A model generated the notes under the pieces. The model was not told where the DNA came from, made no database searches, and saw only the letters and a program-made list of their open reading frames with translations. The translations under genes and the position numbers were made by a program. A DNA stretch of 64,000 nt from Macrostomum lignano (taxonomy: Eukaryota). Position 1 is the stretch's first letter; each line of letters begins with the position of its first letter. Below, piece by piece: positions 36,070 through 46,985 of the stretch. The stretch covers positions 1-64,000 of the forward strand of contig NIVC01003771.1 of NCBI GenBank assembly GCA_002269645.1, written 5' to 3'.

Positions 36070-37100
36070 TTGGTGCGTGCTTGTGCTGTTACAGAGGTTT
36101 ATGCGCGCTTGTGTCATTACGGAGCTTTATGCGCGCTTGTGTCATTACGGAGCTTTATGCGCGCTTGTGTCATTATGGAGCTTTATGCGCGCTTGTGTCA
36201 TTATGGAGCTTTATGCGCGCTTGTGTCATTACGGAGCTTTATGCGCGCTTGTGTCATTATGGAGATTTATGCGCGCTTGTGTCATTATGGAGCTTTATGC
36301 GCGCTTGTGTCATTACGGAGCTTTATGCGCGCTTGTGTCATTATGGAGATTTATGCGCGCTTGTGTCATTACGGAGCTTTATGCGCGCTTGTGTCATTAT
36401 GGAGCTTTATGCGCGCTTGTGTCATTATGGAGATTTATGCGCGCTTGTGTCATTACGGAGCTTTATGCGCGCTTGTGTCATTATGGAGATTTATGCGCGC
36501 TTGTGTCATTACGGAGCTTTATGCGCGCTTGTGTCATTATGGAGATTTATGCGCGCTTGTGTCATTACGGAGCTTTATGCGCGCTTGTGCTGTTACAGAG
36601 CTTTATGCGCGCTTGTGTCATTACGGAGCTTTATGCGCGCTTGTGTCATTATGGAGATTTATGCGCGCTTGTGTCATTACGGAGCTTTATGCGCGCTTGT
36701 GTCATTATGGAGATTTATGCGCGCTTGTGTCATTACGGAGCTTTATGCGCGCTTGTGTCATTATGGAGATTTATGCGCGCTTGTGTCATTACGGAGCTTT
36801 ATGCGCGCTTGTGCTGTTACGGAGGTTTATGCGCGCTTGTGTCATTACGGAGCTTTATGCGCGCTTGTGCTGTTACGGAGGTTTATGCGCGCTTGTGTCA
36901 TTACGGAGATTTATGCGCGCTTGTGTCATTACGGAGATTTATACGCTCTTGTGTCATTACGGAGATTTATGCGCGCTTGTGTCATTATGGAGCTTTATGC
37001 GCGCTTGTGTCATTACGGAGATTTATGCGCGCTTGTGTCATTACGGAGATTTATGCGCGCTTGTGTCATTAGGCAGCTTTATGCGCGCTTGTGTCATTAC
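36070..37100 (+). repeat. 28-bp CpG-rich minisatellite (GGAGCTTTATGCGCGCTTGTGTCATTAC, ~37 copies) abutting the ankyrin gene stop codon
   Basis: Direct tandem units; explains three long overlapping pseudo-ORFs. Confidence 0.97.
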
Positions 37101-37110
37101 GGCGCGCAGG

Positions 37111-38199
37111 TCACCACAAGTCGCAGTCGTCTCCAAAGTCTGTGAAGCCCTGCTCGCCAGGCAAATCGTTGCAGGCGAATTCGGCCTCACCGCCAGCCAT
37201 CGAAGCCGACAGCTCACTCGGTCGCCGGGGCCCGTCCAGCTGCTCGCGCTGCTGCAACAGGGACGCCTCGGTCTCCAGGCCCAGCAGGCGCTGGTGCAGC
37301 TCCGAGTGTCCTCCGGCCAAGGCGCAGTCGGCCGGCAGGCGTCCGGACGAGTCCTGAGCCACCGGGCTGGCGCCGGCCGCCAGCAGCACCTCCGCCGTGT
37401 CCGAGTGGCCGAACAGCGCCGCCGCGTGGAGGCTGGCGCCGAAGTGGCCAGCTGGGAATGGCCGGCCGCCGCAATTCAGGATGGCGCGCACCGCCTCCGT
37501 GTGGCCGGCGCGGCAGGCGCGGAGCAGGGCGGCGCCAACGGCGGCTAAGTCGGCGGGGCTGGCGGCGCTAGAAAACTCTGGCGCCGCGGACAGCAGGGCG
37601 CGGCACAGGTCGGCGCTGCCTCGCTGAGCAGCAGCCGACAGCGGAGTGGCGCCATCTCGGCGCGCCAGTAGTGGCCTGGCGCCGGCCGCCAACAGGAGCT
37701 GCGCGCACTGGCGCCGGTCGTGCCAGCAGGCCAGCTGCAGCGCCGTGGCGCCATCAGCGCCGGCACCGCGCCAATCAACGGGCGCCCCAGCCGACAGCAG
37801 CAGCCGCAGGCAGTCGGCGTGGCCGTTCTGAGCGGCCGCCATCAGCGGGGAGCCGCCGAGCCGGCCGCTGACAGGCAGGCTGGGATCGGCGCCGTTGCTT
37901 AGCAACAACTCGGCCAGGTCGGCGCGGCCCGCCTGGCAGGCGTAGAAAAGCGCCGTGGCACCGCTTCGCCGGCGCTGATTGACGGGGGCGCCGCGGCGGA
38001 GCAGGTCGCGCGCGATGGCAGCGTCACCAGCAGCGGCGGCCAGCATCAGCGGGCTGGTGCCCTCCGGGTCGGCGCAGGAAGCCCTGGCGCGCCCGGTGTC
38101 CAGCAGGAGGGCGACGCGGTCGCGGCGGCCAGCCAGGGCGGCTGCTAGCAGCTGGCGGGATTGACGGTCAAAGCTGGACTGCGGCTCCATTGTTGCCAT
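37111..38199 (-). CDS. ANKRD29: Ankyrin-repeat protein, ANKRD29-like (362 aa, single coding exon)
   Basis: About 8 ankyrin repeats (GTSPLMLAA, GATALFYAC, GGSPLMAAA, GATALQLAC, GATPLSAAA, GASLHAAA). N-terminus LLLDTGRARASCADPEGTSPLMLAA resembles ANKRD29 LLLNSGRVDVDCRDSHGTTLLMVAA as recalled. Orthology is not tested. Confidence 0.8.
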   Translation of the reverse strand: MATMEPQSSFDRQSRQLLAAALAGRRDRVALLLDTGRARASCADPEGTSPLMLAAAAGDAAIARDLLRRGAPVNQRRRSGATALFYACQAGRADLAELLLSNGADPSLPVSGRLGGSPLMAAAQNGHADCLRLLLSAGAPVDWRGAGADGATALQLACWHDRRQCAQLLLAAGARPLLARRDGATPLSAAAQRGSADLCRALLSAAPEFSSAASPADLAAVGAALLRACRAGHTEAVRAILNCGGRPFPAGHFGASLHAAALFGHSDTAEVLLAAGASPVAQDSSGRLPADCALAGGHSELHQRLLGLETEASLLQQREQLDGPRRPSELSASMAGGEAEFACNDLPGEQGFTDFGDDCDLW

Positions 38200-39019
38200 G
38201 GTTACTCCGGTGTTGACTCGTTGGACACTAGCTTAAAATAGGAGACAGCAGACACAATAAGATTGCAAGCTCATTTTGGATTTTCAAGTTGTTACATAAG
38301 AACATTTGAACACTGTTCTACCTAGTGTCCACCTAGGTAGGCACACCTCGGTACACCTAGGTTCACGTCGTTTCTAGGTAGTGTCTACCTGGGTGTCTAC
38401 CTGGTACCGATCACTCGCGTCGCCCTAGAGTCTAGACGACTCTAAAAAAACAACAAGATGTCACGGTACAAGTTGCCAGAAAGTCATCAAAGAGTCGCAC
38501 AAGAGTCAAATTGAGGCATTTTCATTGTCTGCAACTGTGCGGCTGTGCTAGATTGGCTGTAGAGTCACTGAGCTTAAGTTGCGTCTAAAGTGCCTATGCG
38601 TCACTTAATGAATCACCTACTGGGGTAGTAGAAATCTAAGCGCTAACGCAACAACTCTTACAATTCTACAACTCTGGTGATGCACTTTTCAATCAACAGT
38701 TGCCTCTCCATCGCATTACAGTTGTTTGAAGTCATTAAAAAGTTTATTCTCCAAAGTCCCTAAACTCACTAGACAGTTGTTTCTATGACTCTTTATTGAT
38801 TCTTGCCATAGTAATGTTTTCAACAAGCTGGGTCCAAATTGGGGATGCCAAATCAAAAACCAGAATGCCAGCTGGCATGAGTCAAGATTTTCAAAATCAA
38901 CTAAATTACTGTCTCTATCATACCCTTCACACTACTGAGCCTCTGACCCACAGAAATTGTAGAAGTCTGCAGACTGCACATTTATAGATTACTCAAACTT
39001 GGCAATTGATAGATAGTCT

Positions 39020-39745
39020 TAAAATCAGAAGAATCCCAAAATTGATAAAACTGCTAATGCTTCAAATGAAATATAAATTGCAAAAAAACCTAAATAAAAT
39101 TATATCTATCTTGAAAAAACCAGGTGCCAATTTGTAATTTAGAGTCTAAAGATAATGTAAAAATATATTAATCAGATGATTTAGTAAATCAGAAGAATCC
39201 CAAAATAGATAATTTTTGAGATACCCAAAATTCCATGCAAGTTAAAAGCTAGTCCAAAATATTTTTTTATTACTTAGTTGGGCTTTAAATATATTCAGTC
39301 ATGAATTTCAATGTATTATATTAATAATGCACTAGTTATCAACTTTTTGATAGTATTTTTTAATGTAAAAATACATTAATCAGATGATTCAGTAAATCAG
39401 AAGAATCCCAAAATTGATAAAACTGCTAATGCTTCAAATGAAATATAAATTGCAAAAAAACCTAAATAAAATTATATCTATCTTGAAAAAACCAGGTGCC
39501 AATTTGGAATTTAGAGTCCAAAGATAATATATCTCTATGATATAACTTAGGCAAGACTAAGAATAAAATGCATTTTCAAAGCTTGAAGCCATCCAACATA
39601 TAAAGGGTAATTCCATGCAAGTTAAAAGCTAGTCCAAAATATTTTTTTTATTTTTTATTGCTTAGTTAGATAAATTCAGTCATGAATTTCAAAGTATTAT
39701 ATTAATAATGCACTAGTTATCAACTTTTTGGTGGTATTTTTATAG
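39020..39745 (+). repeat. ~370-bp imperfect tandem duplication in an AT-rich block
   Basis: AAATCAGAAGAATCCCAAAATTGATAAAACTGC at ~39023 and ~39393; TTCCATGCAAGTTAAAAGCTAGTCC at ~39231 and ~39611. Confidence 0.85.
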
Positions 39746-41739
39746 TTTTGTAGTCAGTCATAAACCTTTTAAGGATTTTTAAGCCATATTCTCAACCATG
39801 ATTATTTTAATTTAGTCCCTATAACTTTATAAGTATATAGTATATGGATGTTTATAGGAAGAAAGTACTATAGGCAAATAGAATATGATCAAAATAAAAA
39901 TTTAAATGATAGATAGAACTTAGTAATAGAATATAATTTATTATAATATATTAATTTATATTATGACTATGATGATGAATTTATGAATACAATTATAAAA
40001 TTTAATGAAAACTTAAAACCCCAGGCTATGATGAGACCACAAATAGGATGACTTTAAAACATTTGGCCTGTAGACAAAATATCGAAATCCGAGTTTTACG
40101 CTAGTAAATCTAAAAATCTAAAATCTAAAAAACACTGGCAACTAACAAACTAGAATTCTTATCTTACTAGCTTGCTAGAGGTAGAGGCGAGACTAAAGAC
40201 AAAGTATTAAGTTACCCTGATGTTTTAGTTGTAAATATTTTTTCAATTCGCTTGCTTTTCATCGAAATATTTATAAATTAATAAGCTGCTTTTTTGCTCT
40301 TTAATCTCTTTCCTTATATCATGCTTATTTCATGTTCGAATTACGGTCAAGCCAAAGGCTTGATCCACTCAATTGAGTTTCTTATAAACTTCACAGTTCA
40401 AATAGTTGACGGGGAGAAACGTGCTTTGTAGACCTTCCGGGTTCTTGAAGTTCAACAAAAGTATTATCAGCTTTTTCAAATAAATTCTGCATAAAACAAG
40501 CTTTTAATCCGAGAGGGACTAAGAAGCATTATTTATTCACCATTTCTGTAGAAATCAGCTTCAATTGGAGAATCATAAATGAATTGGATTTGTCTCAGGG
40601 ACGTTCCTGCGACCTTAAAAAATACCATGCGTACTGGAGGCGATTAACTTTTTATTGCATACGTAGATTTTTTAAACGGGGTAATTAGGCAGCTGGGTTC
40701 ACTTCATGGATTACTATACCGTATAACGCCATCGACTGAAGACTATAACGATCACTTTGCTTCCACCTTTGTTTGTTTCACAATTATAATGTGTGTTGCT
40801 ACATGTACGTATATGTACCTTGTCCACGCATAACAATAGCTCTGTAAAGTACTAAAAACATTTCTCTTGTCTCAACAGTGCTTCGCCGCTGATGTGACAG
40901 ATTTATAAGTAATGTAATATATCTAAATAGTGCACCCGATTGAGCAGGGCAAGAATTATAACGCTTCTCGCCCAACCAATTAGGTTGCCAAGATGCTTGG
41001 TTACCAGGAAGTTCGCAGTGACCAATACAACCAGATGTGTGCTGCTGTTGTTCTTAGTCGATGACTGCTGCTGCTGTGGTGTAGATCTGGGGGAATATTA
41101 TTGTGCCCGTTAGCTCATTTGACGGTTGCAAGCAAGGCCTGGCCTGGAGTCTAGTACATGGAGAGGGCGTTTCAACGACGTTAATCAGGCGTTTTTGAGG
41201 GGCGGGCCATGCCGCCGCCTTTAAATGGTCTTCCCCAGCGGCTGATTTTTGTTATAACAAGCGTCTCGAATTTTTTGTTTGGACGAGCCCGAGATGACCA
41301 GCTCGATTCTGATTGGCTGAGCTCCAGACCCCGAAATCCTTTCCACCGGGCAACCTCTCAAACCCTTTGACAGGTGAGGTTATAGATCATAAAAACAGGG
41401 GGAAAGCTAGGCTAAAATGGCTCTACCAGACATCCTGGCACTAAAAAGTGACAGCTAGACTAGCATAAATAATTGTAAAATAATGTCAAAAACTGTCAAA
41501 TTTGGGAGAAGATATCAGAACTTCTCCAGACTCATTAGCGTCAAGTGACAGGTAGTTAATCGTAAATCAGAATCAAAATAAAGAAGAAAAATCCAGAAAT
41601 ACAGTCTACTAGGAGTTGAGAAGAGAAAATGAGAACTCAAAGCGCGATGCTAAGATTGAAAAAGTGATTATTTTGTTATACATTGCATGCTCTACATGTA
41701 TTGCTTCTTTTATTTTGGAAAAAGTTGAATATCTGAATA

Positions 41740-42020
41740 ATATAATAATGATAATTGATTACACCGCCCCAGTTGTGCAACCGACAGCTCAGCCGCAGCT
41801 ATTGCACCGCGCATCTGAAGGCTGCGTACGGCTGTTCAGTCCAAGGACTGGGGGGTCGTCACGCACACCCTCAATTACCCCAGCTAATGCTGGGTGAACT
41901 GAAGCAATGTAGAATTAAGTGTCTTGCTCAAGGACAAAAATAGTTCCAGTGGGATCGGGAATCGAACCCCCGATCTTCAAGTCATGAGTCCGACAACCTA
42001 GCCGCTATAGGCTACAACCC
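41740..42020 (-). mobile_element. tRNA-derived CORE/Meta-like SINE, copy 2
   Basis: Minus strand has B-box GGTTCGATTCC, the GTCCTTGAGCAAGAC...CAGTTCACCCAG domain and an ATT-rich tail; homologous to copies 1 and 3. Confidence 0.87.
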
Positions 42021-42906
42021 CCTTTTAGTCTAGACAGTCCAGGTGCACCAGTACAGGCTGAGCGCATCTATTGCTAGTTCCTAACCAGAAAGTAATCTGA
42101 AGTACTCGCAGTAAAAATACAGGAAATTAAAAACAGGGTGTTCTGGGTACTTTCACATAATTAATTAATTAAAAACAGTAGAAACATATTTAATTATTTT
42201 AAAGAATTTTGATCTAATGCCGGCGTTTTCAGTTTTTAATTTTAGCTAGCAACATGGATTTATTAAAGAAGATAGCAGTTATTGTTTTTCACACCCAGTG
42301 AGCATCAAAAATCAATAAGCGATTGCATCCGCTTAAAAATGTGGCCCGAAAATGTGGCATCATGCAGCTGGTTTTCCTGATAAGAGCGCTATTCAAATAT
42401 TAAAGTTAACAGATTAGTATAGTGCCCATAAAGTTTTCCGAATCAGATCGAATAAGTGTATAAACATCGCATTTTTGTTGCTTTTTTCTACCACACATTC
42501 TAAAGTACATAGACAGGGCTAATCCAGCGTCTTTTTGGTCGCAGCGCAGCGCGAAAACCACCCGGGTATGACCATAGACTGTAGCTTCTGCTGCTCTCAA
42601 GACATTAGCAGCAGCTATAGTGTCTGTGGCCCTAACCCCGTGGTTTTCGGGGCCTTCGATCGGGGACGGCCGCTAGATACATTGACAAATGCTGGAGTGA
42701 TACATCTATCTAGGTACATAGAATCTGTCGTTTCCACACTGATGAAGTCTTGCTTTTGTCAGCCAAAAAGCAACATTGAACTAGCTAGAGAAGTGAAGCG
42801 GGTTAATATATTAAAGGCGTGCACACACTATTAGCTAAAAGTTAATACGCAGTAACAGTTTCACCAATCCATTGTCTTGGATAAAGTTTCTAGTCATCAA
42901 TTGTCT

Positions 42907-43008
42907 CTATAACGCACTGCTGCCCATGTCCTCATCCAGGCTCATGCCGTACTGCATACGGCGTCTCCGTCGGCTCATGAAGCCACTCTGAGCTCCAGAT
43001 TGCTGCTC

Positions 43009-43040
<32 letters not shown>

Positions 43041-46000
43041 CCTGTTGCTGGCCATTGACTGTTTCTGCTCGTCGATTTCGCCTGCCAGCTTCGCCGCCTT
43101 CTGCTTGCGCTCGGCTGGGGCTGCCAGTGGGTAATTGGAAAAGTGATAATTGCGCGAAACGGAGAGTCGCTGTGTTCAGTTCAGGGTCGGCAAGCTCGGG
43201 CCCGCGGGGCGCATGCTTCCTGCCAAGCCTCTCTAACCGGCCCTCGGGTCCTTGGAAACTTCACAATAGCAATCCGGCCGCTAAAGGTTTGCGTCTCTTC
43301 TCTCCTCTCTACTCCTCTCCTCTCTCCCCTCTCCTCTTCCCTCCCTTTTCCTCTCCTCTCCTCTCCTCTCCTCTCCTCTCTTTCTCCTCTCCTCTCCTCT
43401 CCTCTCCTCTCCTCTCCTCTCCTCTCCTCTCCTCTCCTCTCCTCTCCTCTCCTCTCCTCTCCTCTCCTCTCCTCTCCTCTCCTCTCCTCTCCTCTCCTCT
43501 CCTCTCCTCTCCTCTCCTCTCCTCTCCTCTCCTCTCCTCTCCTCTCCTCTCAACTCCTCTCCTCTCCTCTCAACTCCTCTCCTCTCCTCTCCTCTCCTCT
43601 CAACTCCTCTCCTCTCCTCTCCTCTCCTCTCCTCTCCTCTCCTCTCCTCTCAACTCCTCTCCTCTCCTCTCCTCTCAACTCCTCTCCTCTCCTCTCCTCT
43701 CCTCTCCTCTCCTCTCAACTCCTCTCCTCTCCTCTCAACTCCTCTCCTCTCCTCTCCTCTCCTCTCCTCTCCTCTCCTCTCCTCTCCTATCCTCTCAACT
43801 CCTCTCCTCTCCTCTCCTCTCCCCTCCTTTCCCCACTTCCCACTTTACTACAGCTTGAATATTCAAGCAGTTCAACCTAATATTTTTAATTGTTGTGCTT
43901 CGAGTGGCCGAAAGATGACAGAGGCGCCCAAAAGTCTACCTAATATTTAGCATCCCTCCTGCAATTTAGAACAGCCAGTCAGTAACCCTACCGAGTGGTG
44001 TTCACAGCCTTGTCCTCCATCTGCAGCTCCTCCGTGGCCGTCTGTTGATCCCGACCGCTGCGGTATTGAGCCTCGAACTCAGTTTGAGTCGATGCGGACT
44101 CCATCTGAGCAGCTGCTGGGCAACTCCCGGAGGAAAACTGGCCAACATCTCTGGTCGGGGTGAAGTCAACAGACTCGAGCAGGAACTCAACCGGTTCTGT
44201 TTGAGTCTCGGTGCTCTGCAGCTCAGGTTGCTCCTCCTGACCAACCGTGTCAATGCTGTTCAGGCTGGAGAAGCTGCGGGCGGGTTACGGGAGGTGGCGA
44301 CTCGCCCTGGGACTATGCAGCTTGCAACCTGTGCACTAAAGTAATGGCTAAAGTAAAATCAGACAGTCACGGGGGCAATCAGCTCAAGCAAGTGACTCAA
44401 CTGTTGGCATCTATTTCAGCATACCAGTTTGCTGTTTGGGCGTGAGTTTCATAGAATTGTCACCACTTTGACTACATACTCGCTGTTACACGTCTCCTTT
44501 AAACGCTAAGTTCTTCCCACTTGTGTTGCGGTTGTGTTAGTGCACACGCTCGACAATAGCAGGCTGCAGTACATTACAAAGGCAAGGCACATTTAGCAAG
44601 CAAGCGAGTGATAAGACAAAATTTCCACTTTTCTCATTCTTTTTCAGTCGGCTGTCAGGAGTACATTTGTGGTACATGTATCTTTTCTTTATTGAAGAAT
44701 TCAGGAACTTGAAACTTAGGTCCAAGTTCCAAGTTGCAGATGAAGAGTTTGCTTTTGTTGCACATAACTGGCTATGCATCTCAAAACCAAAATCAAGGAA
44801 ACTTTACCTTTCATTCCTGGAACGCCTGAAATTGCAGTTTGATTTCAAAGGTGGGAAAATTTTTCGAAAATGCGGGTATGTTTTTGAAAAGCTTAAGTTT
44901 TCCACAACCTGCAGTGCTTTGCTAACAACAAAACTCTTAAGCGAAGCAGTAAGCACGGTTTCTCAAATTACGAGTAGGAATTAGTGGCGGAACAAAAGTG
45001 ATTATTTGCGTTCTTTAGCGACTAAAAATCTACTGAAGCCATAGCCAAACAAATGTCAAGCAATTTACTTTAACTTTGGGTCACCAGAGTAACAGAGTTT
45101 TCGGGAAGACCATCAGCTCTAGCTACTATACTAGGACTAATTCGTTCCTGTGTTTATTTACAAAGACAACCCTGCCAACTTCGTAAACCTGTCAGTTTAG
45201 CATCTGAATCCATCTTTAATTTAATTTTCAGCAGTTGCACAGTGCAATCAAACTGTGGAGATTTTTCCACCGGATAAGATATAAAAAACTTGTAAAGTTA
45301 GGTCAGGGCGATTTACTACAGCCGCTGACATCAGAAAAGATTCCCTTGATCGGCAAACCGACTTGTTGTAATTATAATTTCTGAACAGCAAACCGAGAAT
45401 CCTATAGGCTGTGGAACTGCAAAATAAGAAACCTTAAAGCTGCGGATCTGGATGCGCTACTCATTCTAACACAGATCCCATAAGCTGCTCGTGTGCTGTT
45501 TGGTCACAACATGAGCTCATGTAAGACTGATGTACGTAAAATCAAAATATAATAATCAGGCATTTGTACCTGGAATTGGAGATAATGCAAGACCGAAATT
45601 TGCTAGCATTTGGCTTGTCCATGTCCTGTATGGAGCCCAGCTCGATGTGGCCAGGTAGGAAACGAATCTCCTTGCTCATGGTCTTGGGCAGGTCTATTTG
45701 CATGGCCATGGACAGGGAGGAAAGTTTATCCTGAACCTCGCGCTTCAGCAGCAGCAGCTCGATATCCTTGCCTTGCAGAACAATCTCAGTTAGAGCGCAG
45801 GTGCTCTTCAAGGTCTCCAGGGCCGACTGCAGTTCAGCCTTCCGACCGATCACCTCCATGGTCTGCTTGCCGTACAGATTGTGCACCTCGTCAATCAGCT
45901 GCTTCTCTCGATTACGAATCTGTTGACGGAGTGAGGGAAACGATTGAGGCGGCAATGATTGGCTGGACTGGGACAGACTCTGAGGGGTTCTGCTAGGCAT

Positions 46001-46985
46001 CACGTGACGAAAAATTATGAGTTACTAAGCACTGATTGGCTGGCTTGGAATGCAAAGTCTATGGTTGGGTCTGTCATCACTTGTCGTTTGCTTCTATTGA
46101 AAACAAGGAGTAAAAGTAGGTAGAGAAAATTTGCATCCTCATATGCATTATTGCAACATTTACATTACGAGCTACTGAAAGGTCATGCAGCTTCAATGTC
46201 GAGTTAGCACAAGCTCTTACATCAGCGACAAACTCGATCGCAAGCTCGCGAATTTTCTTCTCCGCCTCGGTGATCTGTCTCTCCGTGCTGTTCACTCGCT
46301 CCATGTACTTTTCGTAGACGCCAATCTTCGACTTGCAGTCAGCGAGCACAGCTTCAATGTCGGCCTTGTACTTGACCACCGCTTCGCTGAAGTTGGACAC
46401 CTCGTGCTCTTTGTGCTCGTTGAAGGCGCAGATGATGCACACACAGGCTTGGCATGGCTCGCAGTAGAAGCGGACGACCTCATCCGGGTGGTCCTTGCAG
46501 ATGATGTCCTTCTCTGTTTCGACGTCAAATATCGCATGGTCGCGTGTCACCTTTGTCTCCTTGTGCTGCTCAACGCAGGCCCGGCAGAGCAGCTTGTTGC
46601 AGTCCAGGCACTTGCTGCTGGCCTGCTCCTTGGCCCGCCGGCCGACCATCTTGCAGATGTCGCAGCTGGCCGAACTCGTGCCAGACTTCTGCTGCCTGTC
46701 CATCGTGTCGGACAGGTTGGAGATGAGGAAATTGTCCGGCAGCTTCTTGGCGCCGCCGACCGGCAGCTGAGTTCGCTTCCGGCACAGCGGACAGGTGAAC
46801 TCTCGATAGTCTGAGTACTTCTTGTAGGCCGCCTCGGAGGCGATATGGTTCTCGATACAGACCTCGCAAAATGTGTGCAGACAGGACAGACACTTAGGTG
46901 TCTTGAACGGGCTCATGCAGATCTTGCAAACCAGAAATTCGTCGTGAATCTCCTGCACAAGCTTGCCGGCTTGAGTTGTTGCCAT
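42907..46985 (-). CDS. TRIM protein (RING, B-box1, B-box2, coiled coil, disordered TQT-motif/poly-Q tail; ~536 aa), N-terminus TRIM2/3/56/NHL-1-like; join(46221..46985,45570..45919,43992..44273,42907..43120)
   Basis: RING CKIC..CLHTFCEVC..CPLC; B1 CDIC..CLDC..LCRAC..H..H; B2 CKDH..C..C..C..C..H..H. Junction phases 0/2/2 are all consistent with GT-AG sites. Stop TAG at 42907. Confidence 0.88.
43182..43300 (+). mobile_element. hAT-type element terminus (CAGGGTCGGCAAGCTCGGGCCCGCGGG), copy 2, in the last TRIM intron
   Basis: Classic CAGGG..GGCAA terminus plus GGCCCGCGGG; matches 32135-32250 in reverse complement. Confidence 0.65.
43300..43830 (+). repeat. (CTCCT)n pentanucleotide microsatellite with CAACT variants
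   Basis: Direct reading; continuous with the hAT end. Confidence 0.98.

Noticed and set aside
36062-37548. 336-, 354- and 492-aa ORFs on +
   Set aside because: They are frames of the 28-bp satellite plus the antisense of the GC-rich ankyrin gene.
43055-43880. SSPLL-repeat ORFs
   Set aside because: (CTCCT)n microsatellite in a TRIM intron.
46077-46220. C-terminal 48 aa of the 302-aa TRIM ORF
   Set aside because: Intron read-through after the donor GAT|GTAAGA at 46220.
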